Source of the DNA: an uncultured Alphaproteobacteria bacterium
GTDB taxonomy: Bacteria > Pseudomonadota > Alphaproteobacteria > Rhizobiales > Hyphomicrobiaceae
Length of the DNA: 64,000 nt
Direction of reading: 5' to 3'
Assembly (NCBI GenBank): GCA_963741525.1
Contig: CAVUIW010000002.1
Span: 77,284 to 141,283, forward strand
In this document: positions 25,841-35,926 of the stretch, piece by piece
How the letters are laid out: each line of letters starts with the position of its first letter
Position numbering within the stretch: the stretch's first letter is position 1
Made by a program: the position numbers and the translations under genes
Notes under the pieces: generated by a model
Databases searched by the model: none
What the model saw: the letters and a program-made list of their open reading frames with translations, nothing else
What the model was told of the DNA's origin: nothing

Positions 25841-27232
25841 TTAACCAATCGGCTGATCGAGGGCTCCATCCGTTGGTGACGAAGTCTCCACTGGGGCGGC
25901 AGCGCCCTCGGCGCGCTGCTCGAAAACAGCACGTGGCCAGGAGATCCGGACCATGGCGCCCGTCGTCGGCGGCTTCCGGTTGGCAAGCGTGATCTGGGCG
26001 CCGGAGCGCTCGAGCAGCGTCTTGGCGATGAAGAAGCCGAGGCCCAGGCCGCCGCCCTCTTGCTTTTCATTTGCTTTTCGCTCGCCGAGCGGCCGGGTGG
26101 TCACGTAAGGGTCGCCGAGCGAGCCGAGCAGATGCGGTGGAAAGCCGGGGCCGTCGTCGCAGACCACGATCGTCACCCGGTCGGCATCCCATTCAGCAAG
26201 AATATCGACGCTGTCCTGGGCGAAGTCTACGGCGTTCTCGACGATGTTCGTCAGCGCATACAGCGTGCCCGGCCGGCGCTGGCCGATCGGCTCCTCGATG
26301 GCATCGCCGGCCGCGCCCTTGGCCGGGCGCGAGCGGAAGTCGATGACCTTTTCGAAGACGAAGAAGGGCTCGATCGCCTCCTCGATGAGGTGGGAGACCG
26401 GTAGGTAGCGGTGCAGCGGGTCGCCTTCTTCGGAGCGTGCCGTCAGTGTCTTCAGGATCTCGCGGCAACGCTGGGCCTGGCTCTTCAGAAGCGCGATGTC
26501 TTCGCCGAGTGGTGTTTTCGGATCGACCTGTTTGAAGAGCTCGGAGGCAACGACCGTGATGGTCGCGAGCGGCGTGCCGAGCTCATGGGCGGCGGCGGCG
26601 GCGAGACCATCGAGCGCGTGTAGCTGCTGTTCGCGCGCCAAGACGTGTTCGGTCGCCGCCAGCGCCTCCGACATCTGCCGCGCCTCGCGGGCGAGCCGCC
26701 GCGCATAGAGGCCCATGAAGATGAGACTGCACAGAATCGAGAACCACATGCCGAGCCGGTAGAGCATCGGCAACTCGAAGGTGACGCCCGGAAGCCAGGG
26801 CAGCGGCTCGTGATGGTTCACCAGCAGGGCGGAGACGCCAAGCGTGGTGATACCGATGACGATGTTGCTCTCGTTTGGCAGCGTCGCGGCCGAAACGGTG
26901 AGGGGAGCGACCAGGAGAAAGGCGAAGGGGTTCTCGAGGCCGCCGGTCAAGTAAAGCAGCAGGCCGAGTTGGAGTACGTCGTAGGTGAGGAGAATGGTCG
27001 CGAACGGCATCGAGAGGCGATGGCGCGAGGGATAGCGGAGCTGGAGGAACAGGTTGACCAGCGCCGACATCGCAACGATGGCGACGCACCAGCCGAGCGG
27101 CAGATCAAAGCCAGCGAGATAGTAGGTTCCGAGCAGCGTCACGATCTGGCCGGCGACCGCGATCCATCTCAGACGGGCGATCGTCTGGAGCCGGAGGCGG
27201 CTCGGTGCGGTGCTGAAAAGCGTTTCGGCCAT
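25841..27232 (-). CDS. regB: Redox sensor histidine kinase RegB/PrrB/ActS
   Basis: Six TM helices, a quinone-site-like GGLENPF, the H-box AAAAHELGTPLATI, a Cys-containing segment (QAQRCREIL) and G-boxes. The start was chosen at MAETLFS. Confidence 0.88.
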   Translation of the reverse strand: MAETLFSTAPSRLRLQTIARLRWIAVAGQIVTLLGTYYLAGFDLPLGWCVAIVAMSALVNLFLQLRYPSRHRLSMPFATILLTYDVLQLGLLLYLTGGLENPFAFLLVAPLTVSAATLPNESNIVIGITTLGVSALLVNHHEPLPWLPGVTFELPMLYRLGMWFSILCSLIFMGLYARRLAREARQMSEALAATEHVLAREQQLHALDGLAAAAAHELGTPLATITVVASELFKQVDPKTPLGEDIALLKSQAQRCREILKTLTARSEEGDPLHRYLPVSHLIEEAIEPFFVFEKVIDFRSRPAKGAAGDAIEEPIGQRRPGTLYALTNIVENAVDFAQDSVDILAEWDADRVTIVVCDDGPGFPPHLLGSLGDPYVTTRPLGERKANEKQEGGGLGLGFFIAKTLLERSGAQITLANRKPPTTGAMVRISWPRAVFEQRAEGAAAPVETSSPTDGALDQPIG

Positions 27233-27338
27233 TGTCACTCTAAGGGCGAAGGCGCAAACGGCCGGATGCGACACCATCGCGGCCTGCTTGGCAGCTCGGG
27301 TGCTTGTCATACCGGCTGGGGGCGATCATGGATAGGCC

Positions 27339-27926
27339 ATGCGGTTGAAGCTCATTGCCATTATCGCCGTGGCTTTCCTGGCGGGAGGCGCGCTGGCCTT
27401 TGCTCTCCGGGGCCAGGGACCAAAGCCGGTGAGTGTTGGCACCGCGGCGATCGGCGGTCCGTTCTCGCTAACGAATCATCTGGGTCAGCGGGTAAGCGAA
27501 AAGGACTTCGCCGGCCGTTATCTGCTGGTGTTTTTCGGTTTCACGAACTGCCCCGACGTTTGCCCGGCCGGTCTCCAGGTGATGTCCGCCGCACTAGATA
27601 AGCTCGGGGCCAAGGCCGATGGCGTGATGCCGATTTTTGTCACCGTCGATCCCGCGCGCGATACGCCCGAGGTCATGAAAGCGTATGTTTCCGTCTTTCA
27701 CCCAAGGCTCGTCGGGCTCACGGGCACTGATGCCGAAATCCAGGCTATGTCAAAGACCTACCGGGTCTACGCCAAGCGCGTCGACGACCCCGGCAGCCCC
27801 GGCGGCTACACCATGGACCATAGCGGGTTCATCTACCTGATGGACAAGCAGGGCGTATACCTGTCGCACTTCAGCAACAGCGCAAACCCCGACGAAATCG
27901 CCAACCGAATCGCTGCGCTCGACTGA
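27339..27926 (+). CDS. senC: SCO1/SenC/PrrC copper chaperone
   Basis: FFGFTNCPDVCP contains the CxxxC motif, with a conserved downstream His (MDHSGFIYLMD). The gene is divergent from regB. Confidence 0.85.
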   Translation: MRLKLIAIIAVAFLAGGALAFALRGQGPKPVSVGTAAIGGPFSLTNHLGQRVSEKDFAGRYLLVFFGFTNCPDVCPAGLQVMSAALDKLGAKADGVMPIFVTVDPARDTPEVMKAYVSVFHPRLVGLTGTDAEIQAMSKTYRVYAKRVDDPGSPGGYTMDHSGFIYLMDKQGVYLSHFSNSANPDEIANRIAALD

Positions 27927-28111
27927 GCCCAACCGGTCTTGGGCACCAGCCGAATCGGCCTGTGGATATCCATTGGCGAATCGGTGGGTAACTGCTAGCG
28001 TACAGGGAGAATAATTCAGCGGATTCAAGCCGATCTTCAACGACGGCACGAGCGTGCTGCGTATCGACCAGTATTGTCTTGTTAAATCGCGGAAGCGGGG
28101 ACAGACGGGCG

Positions 28112-29422
28112 ATGCTCTATCACTGGTTCGAGCTCGGTCAGGCGGCCTGCCGGCCCGCTCGTGTTGCCGCCGACACATGCCGTCTGTTGCTCAATAACCC
28201 CTTCAATCCCGTCGGCCACACCGCCTTCGGCCGGAGTGTCGACGCGGCCTGCGAGGTCTTCGAGCGCACGACGCGACGCTACGGGCGGCCAACCTTTGGC
28301 ATTCAAGAAACGGCAGTCGATGGCAAGCCGGTCGCGGTGCGCGAGGAGGTGCTGCTCGAGCGCCCCTTTTGCCGTCTCGTCCGTTTCGAGCGCGAGATCG
28401 ACGATGGAGTGTCGCGCTCGCAACCGCGCGTACTGATCGTCGCGCCAATGTCCGGGCACTTCTCGACGCTGCTCCGCGGCACGGTGAAGGCGCTGCTGCC
28501 GTACGCCGATGTCGCCATCACCGACTGGCAGGACGCGCGCGGCGTCGCCTATTCGGCCGGTCCCTTCGATCTCGCGACTTACACCGATTACATGATCGAC
28601 ATGCTGCGTCTCTTCGAAGGCGATGTGCATGTCCTGGCGGTTTGCCAGCCTTCGGTGCCGGTGCTGGCCGCCGTGTCCCTCATGGAGGAGGCCGGCGATC
28701 CCGACGTACCGCTCTCCATGACGCTGATGGGTGGCCCCGTCGACACGCGCATCAATCCGACGGCCGTCAACAGGCTTGCGGAAGAGCGCGGGATCGACTG
28801 GTTCGAGCGCTCGGTGGTGACAAGCGTGCCGTGGGTTCACGCCGGGCGCGGGCGCTCGGTCTATCCTGGGTTCCTGCAGCTCTCGGGCTTCATGACGATG
28901 AACCTCGATCGTCACATCCGCGCGCACAAGGATCTGTTTCTGCATCTCGTGCGCGGCGATGGCGATTCCGCGCTCAAGCACAAGGAATTCTACGACGAGT
29001 ATCTGGCCGTCATGGATCTCGCCGCGGAGTTCTTTCTTCAGACCGTCGATACCGTCTTTATCCGGCACGCACTCCCCAAGGGCCTGATGACCCATCGCGG
29101 CCAGCCCATCGACGCACGGGCCATCCGGCGTGTCGCGCTGATGACCATAGAAGGCGAGAAGGACGATATCACCGGCGTCGGCCAGTGCCATGCCGCGCAT
29201 GTGCTCTGCGGCTCGCTCGACAACACGAAACGCCGGCATCGCGAGCAGATGGGTGTCGGCCACTACGGCATCTTCAACGGCTCGCGCTTCAGCGCCGAGA
29301 TTTTGCCCGACATGCTCGATTTCATACGCCAGAACGATCGGCGTGCGGGCAATGCCGTCAGTGCCGGATGGACCGGCTGGCGGGCCGAGCCGGCCGATAC
29401 GGGGCCGCCGATGGTCGCATAG
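28112..29422 (+). CDS. phaZ: Intracellular polyhydroxyalkanoate (PHB) depolymerase
   Basis: MLYHWFELGQAA...NNPFNP is the N-terminus typical of intracellular PhaZ. About 436 aa. Confidence 0.75.
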   Translation: MLYHWFELGQAACRPARVAADTCRLLLNNPFNPVGHTAFGRSVDAACEVFERTTRRYGRPTFGIQETAVDGKPVAVREEVLLERPFCRLVRFEREIDDGVSRSQPRVLIVAPMSGHFSTLLRGTVKALLPYADVAITDWQDARGVAYSAGPFDLATYTDYMIDMLRLFEGDVHVLAVCQPSVPVLAAVSLMEEAGDPDVPLSMTLMGGPVDTRINPTAVNRLAEERGIDWFERSVVTSVPWVHAGRGRSVYPGFLQLSGFMTMNLDRHIRAHKDLFLHLVRGDGDSALKHKEFYDEYLAVMDLAAEFFLQTVDTVFIRHALPKGLMTHRGQPIDARAIRRVALMTIEGEKDDITGVGQCHAAHVLCGSLDNTKRRHREQMGVGHYGIFNGSRFSAEILPDMLDFIRQNDRRAGNAVSAGWTGWRAEPADTGPPMVA

Positions 29423-29489
29423 AGTGCTTTACGGAAAAGCCTGTCCCGGCGAAGGCCGGGATCCGAAGCGGTTTTCCGATGAGAAGCAC
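29420..29489 (+). repeat. Single-hairpin relative of the CTAG/TAG-delimited repeat family, copy E
   Basis: tagagtgctttacggaaaagc...cccggcgaaggccggg...gcggttttccgatgagaagcac. Its first three bases are the TAG stop of phaZ. Confidence 0.5.
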
Positions 29490-29582
29490 GAAAAGCCAAG
29501 TAAGGGCGGCACGAAATCAGCCGCGTCGAAACGATGGTTCGTTACGGACCGCCAACAAGAAACGTCAGAATGGGAAGTCGAC

Positions 29583-30401
29583 ATGCGGCGCAATCTGAAG
29601 TCTCGCAAGCCCAGGGAGCAGAATCTCAAAGTCGCGGGGCTTGCCGAGCCGATCGTCGTGAAGCGTCATCCGGGCGCGCGGCGGTTGACGCTGCGTGTCT
29701 CGCACACGCGGCGCGAGATCGTTCTCACGATGCCGAGCTTCTCCAACCTGTCGGAGGCCGGCCGCTTCGTCTCGGAACATATGGGTTGGCTGAAGCGGCG
29801 CCTCGAAGCCGTGCCGCAGCCTGTCGCCTTCGCGAACGGTATTGTATTGCCGTACAAAGGTGATCCGCACCTCGTCTGTTTTCTAGGCCCGACACGGCAT
29901 CGCCGCGTCGCCTGGATCGAAGGGACGCGCGCGGCCAAGGAAGCGCAACGTTTCGCCGACGAGGAGGGAATTCCGCCGTCGCGCCGCCGTCCGCTCGACC
30001 GCTATCTACCGGTGATCTACGTGACGGGCGAGGAGGCGCACGCGCCGCGCCGGCTGCGCGATTGGCTGACCGAGCGGGCCCGCGAGACGCTGGTCGCCCG
30101 CGTCGCCTTCCATGCCGAGCGGCTCTCGCTGAAACCGCGCCGGATCGTCATCCGCGACCAGTCGAGCCGCTGGGGTTCCTGCTCATCCTCGCGGGTACTG
30201 TCATTCTCCTGGAGGCTGGTGCTGGCACCGCCGCCGATCCTCGACTATGTGGCGGCCCACGAGGTGGCGCATCTCAAAGAGATGAACCACGGGCCCCGGT
30301 TCTGGCAGACGGTCGAGCGCACCTTGCCGCGCATGGAGGAGGCCCGCCTCTGGCTGCACCGCAACGGCGTCGAGCTGCACCGCTACGGGCCGGGGGAGTA
30401 G
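29583..30401 (+). CDS. M48/YgjP-like (DUF45, SprT-like) zinc metallohydrolase
   Basis: The motif AAHEVAHLKEMNHGPRFW contains HExxH. About 272 aa. Confidence 0.8.
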   Translation: MRRNLKSRKPREQNLKVAGLAEPIVVKRHPGARRLTLRVSHTRREIVLTMPSFSNLSEAGRFVSEHMGWLKRRLEAVPQPVAFANGIVLPYKGDPHLVCFLGPTRHRRVAWIEGTRAAKEAQRFADEEGIPPSRRRPLDRYLPVIYVTGEEAHAPRRLRDWLTERARETLVARVAFHAERLSLKPRRIVIRDQSSRWGSCSSSRVLSFSWRLVLAPPPILDYVAAHEVAHLKEMNHGPRFWQTVERTLPRMEEARLWLHRNGVELHRYGPGE

Positions 30402-30445
30402 AGTGCTTCCGGCGGCATGGTGGCCGGTTCGGCGTGAGAACGTGC
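30399..30445 (-). repeat. Single-hairpin relative of the repeat family, copy F
   Basis: tagagtgcttccggcggcatggtggccggttcggcgtgagaacgtgc. Its reverse complement aligns with the second hairpin of 43149-43252. Its first three bases are the TAG stop of the M48 gene. Confidence 0.5.
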
Positions 30446-30452
30446 GGCAAGC

Positions 30453-32510
30453 CTACCAGAGGCTGTTGAACAGCTCGGCCAGCGGGTTCGAGGTATCGGG
30501 CGGCTGAGCTTGAGGAGCCAGCGCCAGCTCTTTGCGTGGCGCCACCATTTCCCTCCGCGACACATCTTCCCCACGCGCCATCTCTTGCCCGAGCGGCTCC
30601 GGGCGCGTCCATGTGGGAAGCGGCTCGGTTGGGATGTTCGCGTGCGCCGCGAGCATCACCTCGCGCCAGATTTTGGCCGGCAGCCCGCCGCCCATCACCT
30701 TGCGCATCGGGCTATTGTCATCGTTGCCGACCCACACGCCCGCTGTCAGCGCCGACGAGTAGCCGATGAACCAGGCGTCGCGATAGGACTGGCTCGTGCC
30801 GGTTTTGCCGGCGAGATCGAGACCGTCGATTTGGGCCCGCATCGCCGTGCCTTCGGTGATGACCGCGCGGAGCATGTCGTTCATTTCGCCGAGGACGTCC
30901 TCGCGGATGACCTGCCTCGGCTTTGCGGACTTATGGCGGTAGAGCACCTTGCCCCTGGCGGTGACGATCCGGCTGATGATGAAGGGCTCGGCTTTGCGTC
31001 CGCCATTGGCAAACGGCACGAAGGCCGAGGTCAGCTCGAGCGGCGTTACGACGGCCGTGCCGAGCGCGAGGGAGGCATCGCGGCCGAGCTTCGAGGTGAT
31101 GCCGAGCCGGCGCGCCGTCTTGATGACGGCGGCGGGCCCTGCCGCCAGCATCAGGCGGACGGCCGGTGTATTGATGGAATGAGCGAGCGCCTCGCGCATC
31201 GTGATCCGGCCGCGATATTTGCCGTCGTGATTTTCGGGTTTCCAGGAGCCGACGCGGATCGGCGCATCGTTGATTTTGGCCTCTGGCGTCTCGCCGAGCT
31301 CGAGCGCCGTGAGGTAGACGAAGGGTTTGAAGGCCGAGCCCGCTTGGCGCTTTGCCTTGACGGCGCGATTGAACGGGCTCGTCGCATAGTCGCGGCCGCC
31401 GACGAGGGCGCGGATCGCGCCCTTGCCGTCGAGGAGGACGACGGCCGCCTCGCTGGCGTCGAGCTTGCTGCCCTCGCCGGCCATGACGGTCTCGACCGCC
31501 TCGGCCGCCACCCGCTGTACATCCCGGTCGAGCGTCGTCTCGACGACGATGTGCTCGCCAGCCGGGGCGACGAGGTCAGGCAGTTGCTCGTAGATCCAAT
31601 CGATCGCGTGACCCGCGCCGATCTCTGAAGCGAGTGTCGTCGTATCGCGCAGGCCCATCGACTTCTTCTTGGCCTTGCCGAGGAGATGGCGATCGAGCAT
31701 GCCGGCGGCCGCCATGCCCACGAGTACATCCTCGGAGCGCTGGCGCGCGAGGTTGCGATCATTCGTCGGCGCAAAGCGGCTCGGCGCCTTGAGCAGCCCG
31801 GCGATCAAGGCCGACTGGCGGAGCGTCAGTTCCTCTGGCTGCTTGTCGAAATAGGTTTCCGACGCGGCGGCAATTCCGTAAGCGCCGGAGCCGAAGTAAA
31901 CGCGGTTGAGGTAGAGCTCGAGAATCTCGTCCTTGGTCAGCCGCCATTCGAGCGCGAGTGCGATCAGCGCCTCGTCGACTTTTCTGGCGAGTGTGCGATC
32001 GGGCGACAGGTAGAGGTTTTTCGCGAGCTGCTGGGTGATCGTCGAGCCGCCCTGGACGACGGCACCGGCCCGCCAGTTCGTGGTGATGGCGCGCGCAAGG
32101 CCGATCGGATCGACACCGAGGTGATAGTAGAAACGGCGATCTTCGGTCGCGAGCACGGCATCGATCAGATGTTGTGGCATCCCGGCGATAGCGACATAGC
32201 GGGCGGTCGCGCCACGCGAGGCGAGCAGCGTGCCGTCGGAAGCCAGGATATCGATCCGCTGGGTATCGCCGGGGACGGTGCCAATGGCGGACAGATCGAG
32301 GGATTGCGCTTTGTGCGCGACGGCGAGGCCGAGCGGAACGAGCGCCAGCAACGGCAGCACGAGGAGAGCCGCAGCGGCCCGCCGCCAGACCGGCCGCTTG
32401 CGAGCCCGGCCACGACGCGCATTCGTGGTGCGCGATTTGCCGGACGCGCCGGTCCGCTTCACGGCGGAGGGTTTCCGCCTGCGCGAGCTACTCATCGACC
32501 TGCCAACCAA
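30453..32510 (-). CDS. mrcA: Bifunctional class A penicillin-binding protein (PBP1A family)
   Basis: GT51 motifs [12 protein letters not shown] and [12 protein letters not shown]. Transpeptidase motifs SAFKP, SIN and KTGT. Confidence 0.9.
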   Translation of the reverse strand: MVGRSMSSSRRRKPSAVKRTGASGKSRTTNARRGRARKRPVWRRAAAALLVLPLLALVPLGLAVAHKAQSLDLSAIGTVPGDTQRIDILASDGTLLASRGATARYVAIAGMPQHLIDAVLATEDRRFYYHLGVDPIGLARAITTNWRAGAVVQGGSTITQQLAKNLYLSPDRTLARKVDEALIALALEWRLTKDEILELYLNRVYFGSGAYGIAAASETYFDKQPEELTLRQSALIAGLLKAPSRFAPTNDRNLARQRSEDVLVGMAAAGMLDRHLLGKAKKKSMGLRDTTTLASEIGAGHAIDWIYEQLPDLVAPAGEHIVVETTLDRDVQRVAAEAVETVMAGEGSKLDASEAAVVLLDGKGAIRALVGGRDYATSPFNRAVKAKRQAGSAFKPFVYLTALELGETPEAKINDAPIRVGSWKPENHDGKYRGRITMREALAHSINTPAVRLMLAAGPAAVIKTARRLGITSKLGRDASLALGTAVVTPLELTSAFVPFANGGRKAEPFIISRIVTARGKVLYRHKSAKPRQVIREDVLGEMNDMLRAVITEGTAMRAQIDGLDLAGKTGTSQSYRDAWFIGYSSALTAGVWVGNDDNSPMRKVMGGGLPAKIWREVMLAAHANIPTEPLPTWTRPEPLGQEMARGEDVSRREMVAPRKELALAPQAQPPDTSNPLAELFNSLW

Positions 32511-32590
32511 CCGGACAACGCAACGCGCCGCTCCCCGCGACGTGCCCGAACGCTAAGCGCTCATGCTTAACGGCGCGTAAATTTGGCCGG

Positions 32591-34252
32591 CTACGGGTTC
32601 TTGTAGCGATTGCGCAGCGTCTGATCGACCTTGTCGAGGAGCCCGGAGGCGGCGATGCCCGACTGGAGTCCGACACCGGTGTTGACCGTCACGGGCGGCG
32701 GCCTGATGACAACCGGAGCTACGGGAACCGTCATCTGCTGGCTCGCCTTTTCGATGGTGGCGAGGCGGTTCGAGATGACGCTCAAGTCGCCCGAATTGTT
32801 GAGGCGCCATTCGTCGATCGCGGTCGAGAGCGTCTGCTGGGCGTGTCCGAGTGCAACGAGCGCCTTGCGGATCTGCTCCAATTCGTTGTCCAGCGTCTGG
32901 TGGATGTTGAGCACACTGTCGCCCTGGCCCGCGAGCAACTCCTCGAAGGAGCGAATTCGCTCGATGGTTTCAGGATCGTAGCCGCCACCGCCAGCGAGCT
33001 GGATGCCGCCGACGCGCTCGACGAGGGTGCGGGTCTGGCCTTCGAGCAGGCGCTCGACCGACTTCATGCGGTCACCGACGAGGCCCTCGATCCGCTGCAT
33101 GTCGAGACGTTGCGCATCCATGTTCTTCTGGACGACCTTGACGTGCTCGTCGAGGAGCGAATGGACGCTCGAGCCGTCGAGCGGGTCGCCCGTCATCAGG
33201 TCCTCGACGAGGGTCAGCCGCTCGCCGAGCTTGCCGATGCCCTGGGTCATCGAGGTGAGCTGCGTTTCGAGCAACTTCTCGAAGGTCTTGAAGCGCTCGA
33301 CGAGGCCGGTATCGATCCGCTGCATGGCGGCGATGCGCTCGTCCATGGCGGCGGTCGACTGGTTGTTGCTCTGAGCCGGCAGTCCTTCCGTCAACATACG
33401 TTGGAGGGCGGCGATGTCGGTGCGCTGGGCCGTCACGGCCTCGGCGATCGAGCGCACGCGCTCGGCGACCGAATAGCGGTCACCGGCGATAGACATGTCG
33501 CCAGTGAATGCGGAAACCGCGCGCTCGAGTTGGCTCAAGCGCAGATCGATGGCGTTCTGAACCGAGATGCCCTGGCTCGCCTGGCTCGTCTTGATGTCGG
33601 CGGCGAGCAGCCGCACTTCGCGCATTTCGCTGGTGTAACGCTCCATGGCCGAGCGCATCTCGAGCATAGGGTCGGGCGCCGCCTCGAGATCGCCGGCGGA
33701 ATGCTTGCGGATCAGCCGCACGGCGCGCGAGCGGGGATCGTATTTGAGCAGTGCATCGAGCACGTCGCGCACGCCCGTCGCCTTCTCGTCGCGATGGCTG
33801 GCGCCGGCGGCGGCCAGGAACATGACGGTGTTGAAATCGCGCGACGCCTTGAGCTGGCCGAGCTGGACATTGTTCTCGACGGGTATCTCGCTGGCGAGAA
33901 CCTGCGCGCTCTCGCGCCGCAGCGCCTCGACGTGGATGCCGCGATCCTCGAGCACGGCGGCGGCGGGCAGCACCCGCGCCATCGCATGCACGAGATGCTC
34001 GAGCATGACCTCACGGGCGCCGTGCGCGCGGGCGACCTCGTGGGCGTGATGGCAGCATGCCAGCACGATATCGTCCTCGTTGAGATAGGCCGGGCGGTAG
34101 GTCATGGCTGTCCGCTTGGCGATGCCGGCGCCGATCGGGTAGACGGGCGCATCGAACTCGGTGGCGTCCAGCGTGGGATTGGTCAGATCGAAACCACGAT
34201 GGGCATTGCGGGTGTTCGGCAGGGAGACGCCAAACTCTTCGACTTTGCTCAC
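32591..34252 (-). CDS. Clp_N-like double-repeat domain fused to a coiled-coil region of about 350 aa; function unknown
   Basis: The GTG at 34252 is preceded by GAAGGAG. The N-terminal segment (HHAHEVARAHGAREVMLEHLVHAM ... SRDFNTVMFLAAAGA ... VRDVLDALL) looks like Clp N-terminal repeats. The remainder is heptad-rich. Confidence 0.55.
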   Translation of the reverse strand: MSKVEEFGVSLPNTRNAHRGFDLTNPTLDATEFDAPVYPIGAGIAKRTAMTYRPAYLNEDDIVLACCHHAHEVARAHGAREVMLEHLVHAMARVLPAAAVLEDRGIHVEALRRESAQVLASEIPVENNVQLGQLKASRDFNTVMFLAAAGASHRDEKATGVRDVLDALLKYDPRSRAVRLIRKHSAGDLEAAPDPMLEMRSAMERYTSEMREVRLLAADIKTSQASQGISVQNAIDLRLSQLERAVSAFTGDMSIAGDRYSVAERVRSIAEAVTAQRTDIAALQRMLTEGLPAQSNNQSTAAMDERIAAMQRIDTGLVERFKTFEKLLETQLTSMTQGIGKLGERLTLVEDLMTGDPLDGSSVHSLLDEHVKVVQKNMDAQRLDMQRIEGLVGDRMKSVERLLEGQTRTLVERVGGIQLAGGGGYDPETIERIRSFEELLAGQGDSVLNIHQTLDNELEQIRKALVALGHAQQTLSTAIDEWRLNNSGDLSVISNRLATIEKASQQMTVPVAPVVIRPPPVTVNTGVGLQSGIAASGLLDKVDQTLRNRYKNP

Positions 34253-34485
34253 TAGAGGCACTCCTTCACGCCGAACGAAACCCCGCCCCGCCCTCCAGCC
34301 CCCTGGTGGCCGGACCCTAGCGGAGGAACGGGTGCAAGGGAACACCCTTGCCGTCCTGGGAACCTGAGTAAATCCGCCAACGTGTTAATCTATTTGGCGA
34401 AATTGCGATGATGTCGCGGCAAGCGTGATCGCCCGCCCCCTCGGCCCAGAGCGGCTTGCATAGCATGTTTCGGGAGCCGCGGTAT

Positions 34486-34513
34486 GGCCGGTAGCGCGCC
34501 ATGGCTACCGGCC
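34486..34513 (-). terminator. Perfect 10-bp stem hairpin 14 nt downstream of the M24 peptidase stop
   Basis: ggccggtagc gcgccatg gctaccggcc. There is no U-tract, so intrinsic terminator function is uncertain. Confidence 0.3.
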
Positions 34514-34526
34514 AGAGTAAACGTGA

Positions 34527-35748
34527 TCAATCCCACCATTTGGTTGGGCAGGACCGCGTCAATATCTCGTTGCCCTTCTTCTTGATGATGACGTCCTGCT
34601 CGAAATTGGCGGCGCCGATCCTGGCCCGGCCGACCAGCGCCTCGATGCCCACGACCATGTTCTCCTTGAGAACCTCCTTGGCGCCTTTGACGAACCAGGG
34701 TCCGTCGATGCCAAGACCGATGCTGTGGCCATAGCAGGGGAACTGGAGGCTGAAGGCGTTGCCGCCCTCTTCGGGCTTGCCGAGCGGGGAGGGGAGGCCA
34801 TTGTCGGCGAGCCACTTGGCGCCGGCGTACCAGACCTCGCCGAAGGTCACGCCGGGCTTCGCCACCTCGATCATGTGATGGACGACGGCTGCCGATCCCT
34901 GCAGCAGCTCGAGCTGTCCGGCATTGGGCTTACCGCCCACGACCGTCGAGCGGGCGAAGTCGGTGTAGTAGCCATCGACCGGCCCCCACTGGTCGCAGTG
35001 GACAAGATCGCCCTTCTTGAGCTTGCGCTTGGAATTCCAGTGCGGCACGCCGGAGGAGCCGAAATAGTTGCCGGCATTGGGACCACTCGCGATCGCCACG
35101 TCTTGCTGCACACCGCCATTGGCGCAGAGCACGCGCATGCCCTCGCCGACGATCTCGCCCTCCGTGCGGCCTTCCGCGATGGCGCCCATGGACGCCTTCA
35201 TCCATTTGACGCCGACGGTGGCGGCATGCCGCATCATGTCGAGCTCGGCCTCGCTCTTGACCCACCGGAGCTGATCGATGACGTCGTCGGCGGGCGCGAA
35301 TTTGAGCGCCTTGCCCGCGACCTTCTCCATGCGCTCGTAGGCGCTGTGCAGCAGCGAGTTCGCGGCCCGCAAGGCCGGCCTTGCCGCTGAGAAGCCCGCA
35401 TTCCTTCATGGCATTCACGGTCGCCTCGGCGATATCGAGCGAGACGCGCACGTCCTTGACGGCGATGCGGTCCTCCGGATCGTCGAGATAGTCGGTGACG
35501 AGGATCGGATCGCCATCGACCGGAAGCACGAGGGCGGCGTGGCCCCGGCTGACCCAGGGTCCGTCACCGGCGACGATGGGAAATAGCGAGTGGAAGTTCG
35601 TCAGGTAGTAGACATGGCCATAGGCCTCGACGGAATTGCCGCCGCGCGACCACACGACGAGGCCCTTGAGGCCGCGGTCGGCCGCGGCCTTGAGAGCCGC
35701 CCGCCGGCGCGACGCGAACTCGCGTGGTGAAATGCCGTCCGTTGCCAT
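34527..35748 (-). pseudogene. M24-family metallopeptidase (Xaa-Pro peptidase/creatinase-like) with one frameshift
   Basis: The N-domain in ORF 34930..35904 runs from ATG 35748 (GGGAGGAAA upstream): MATDGISPREF...NAMKECGLLSGKAGLAG. The C-domain in ORF 34527..35372 reads ...ANSLLHSAYERMEK...LRWVKSEAELDMMRHA.... The two join near 35360-35375, giving about 406 aa. Confidence 0.7.
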
Positions 35749-35926
35749 GTGCGTTTTCCTCCCGATGCAGCTTATCGATGTTTTTTCGGCCGCTCGCCTG
35801 CGGTTAGCCCGGGCGGCAAACGGCGGCAACGAGTAATGCCACTCAGAAACATTCGGCAAGCACCAATTGCTCCTATGACCATGCATGCAGGACCGGGCTG
35901 CCATTCGGGAAGCGCGCTGGGACGGC

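Noticed and set aside
25221-27926. regB-regA co-oriented with a divergent senC, considered as a potentially unusual arrangement
   Set aside because: The actS-actR-like order with a neighbouring senC is within the known variation of this conserved alphaproteobacterial module. The motifs are canonical.
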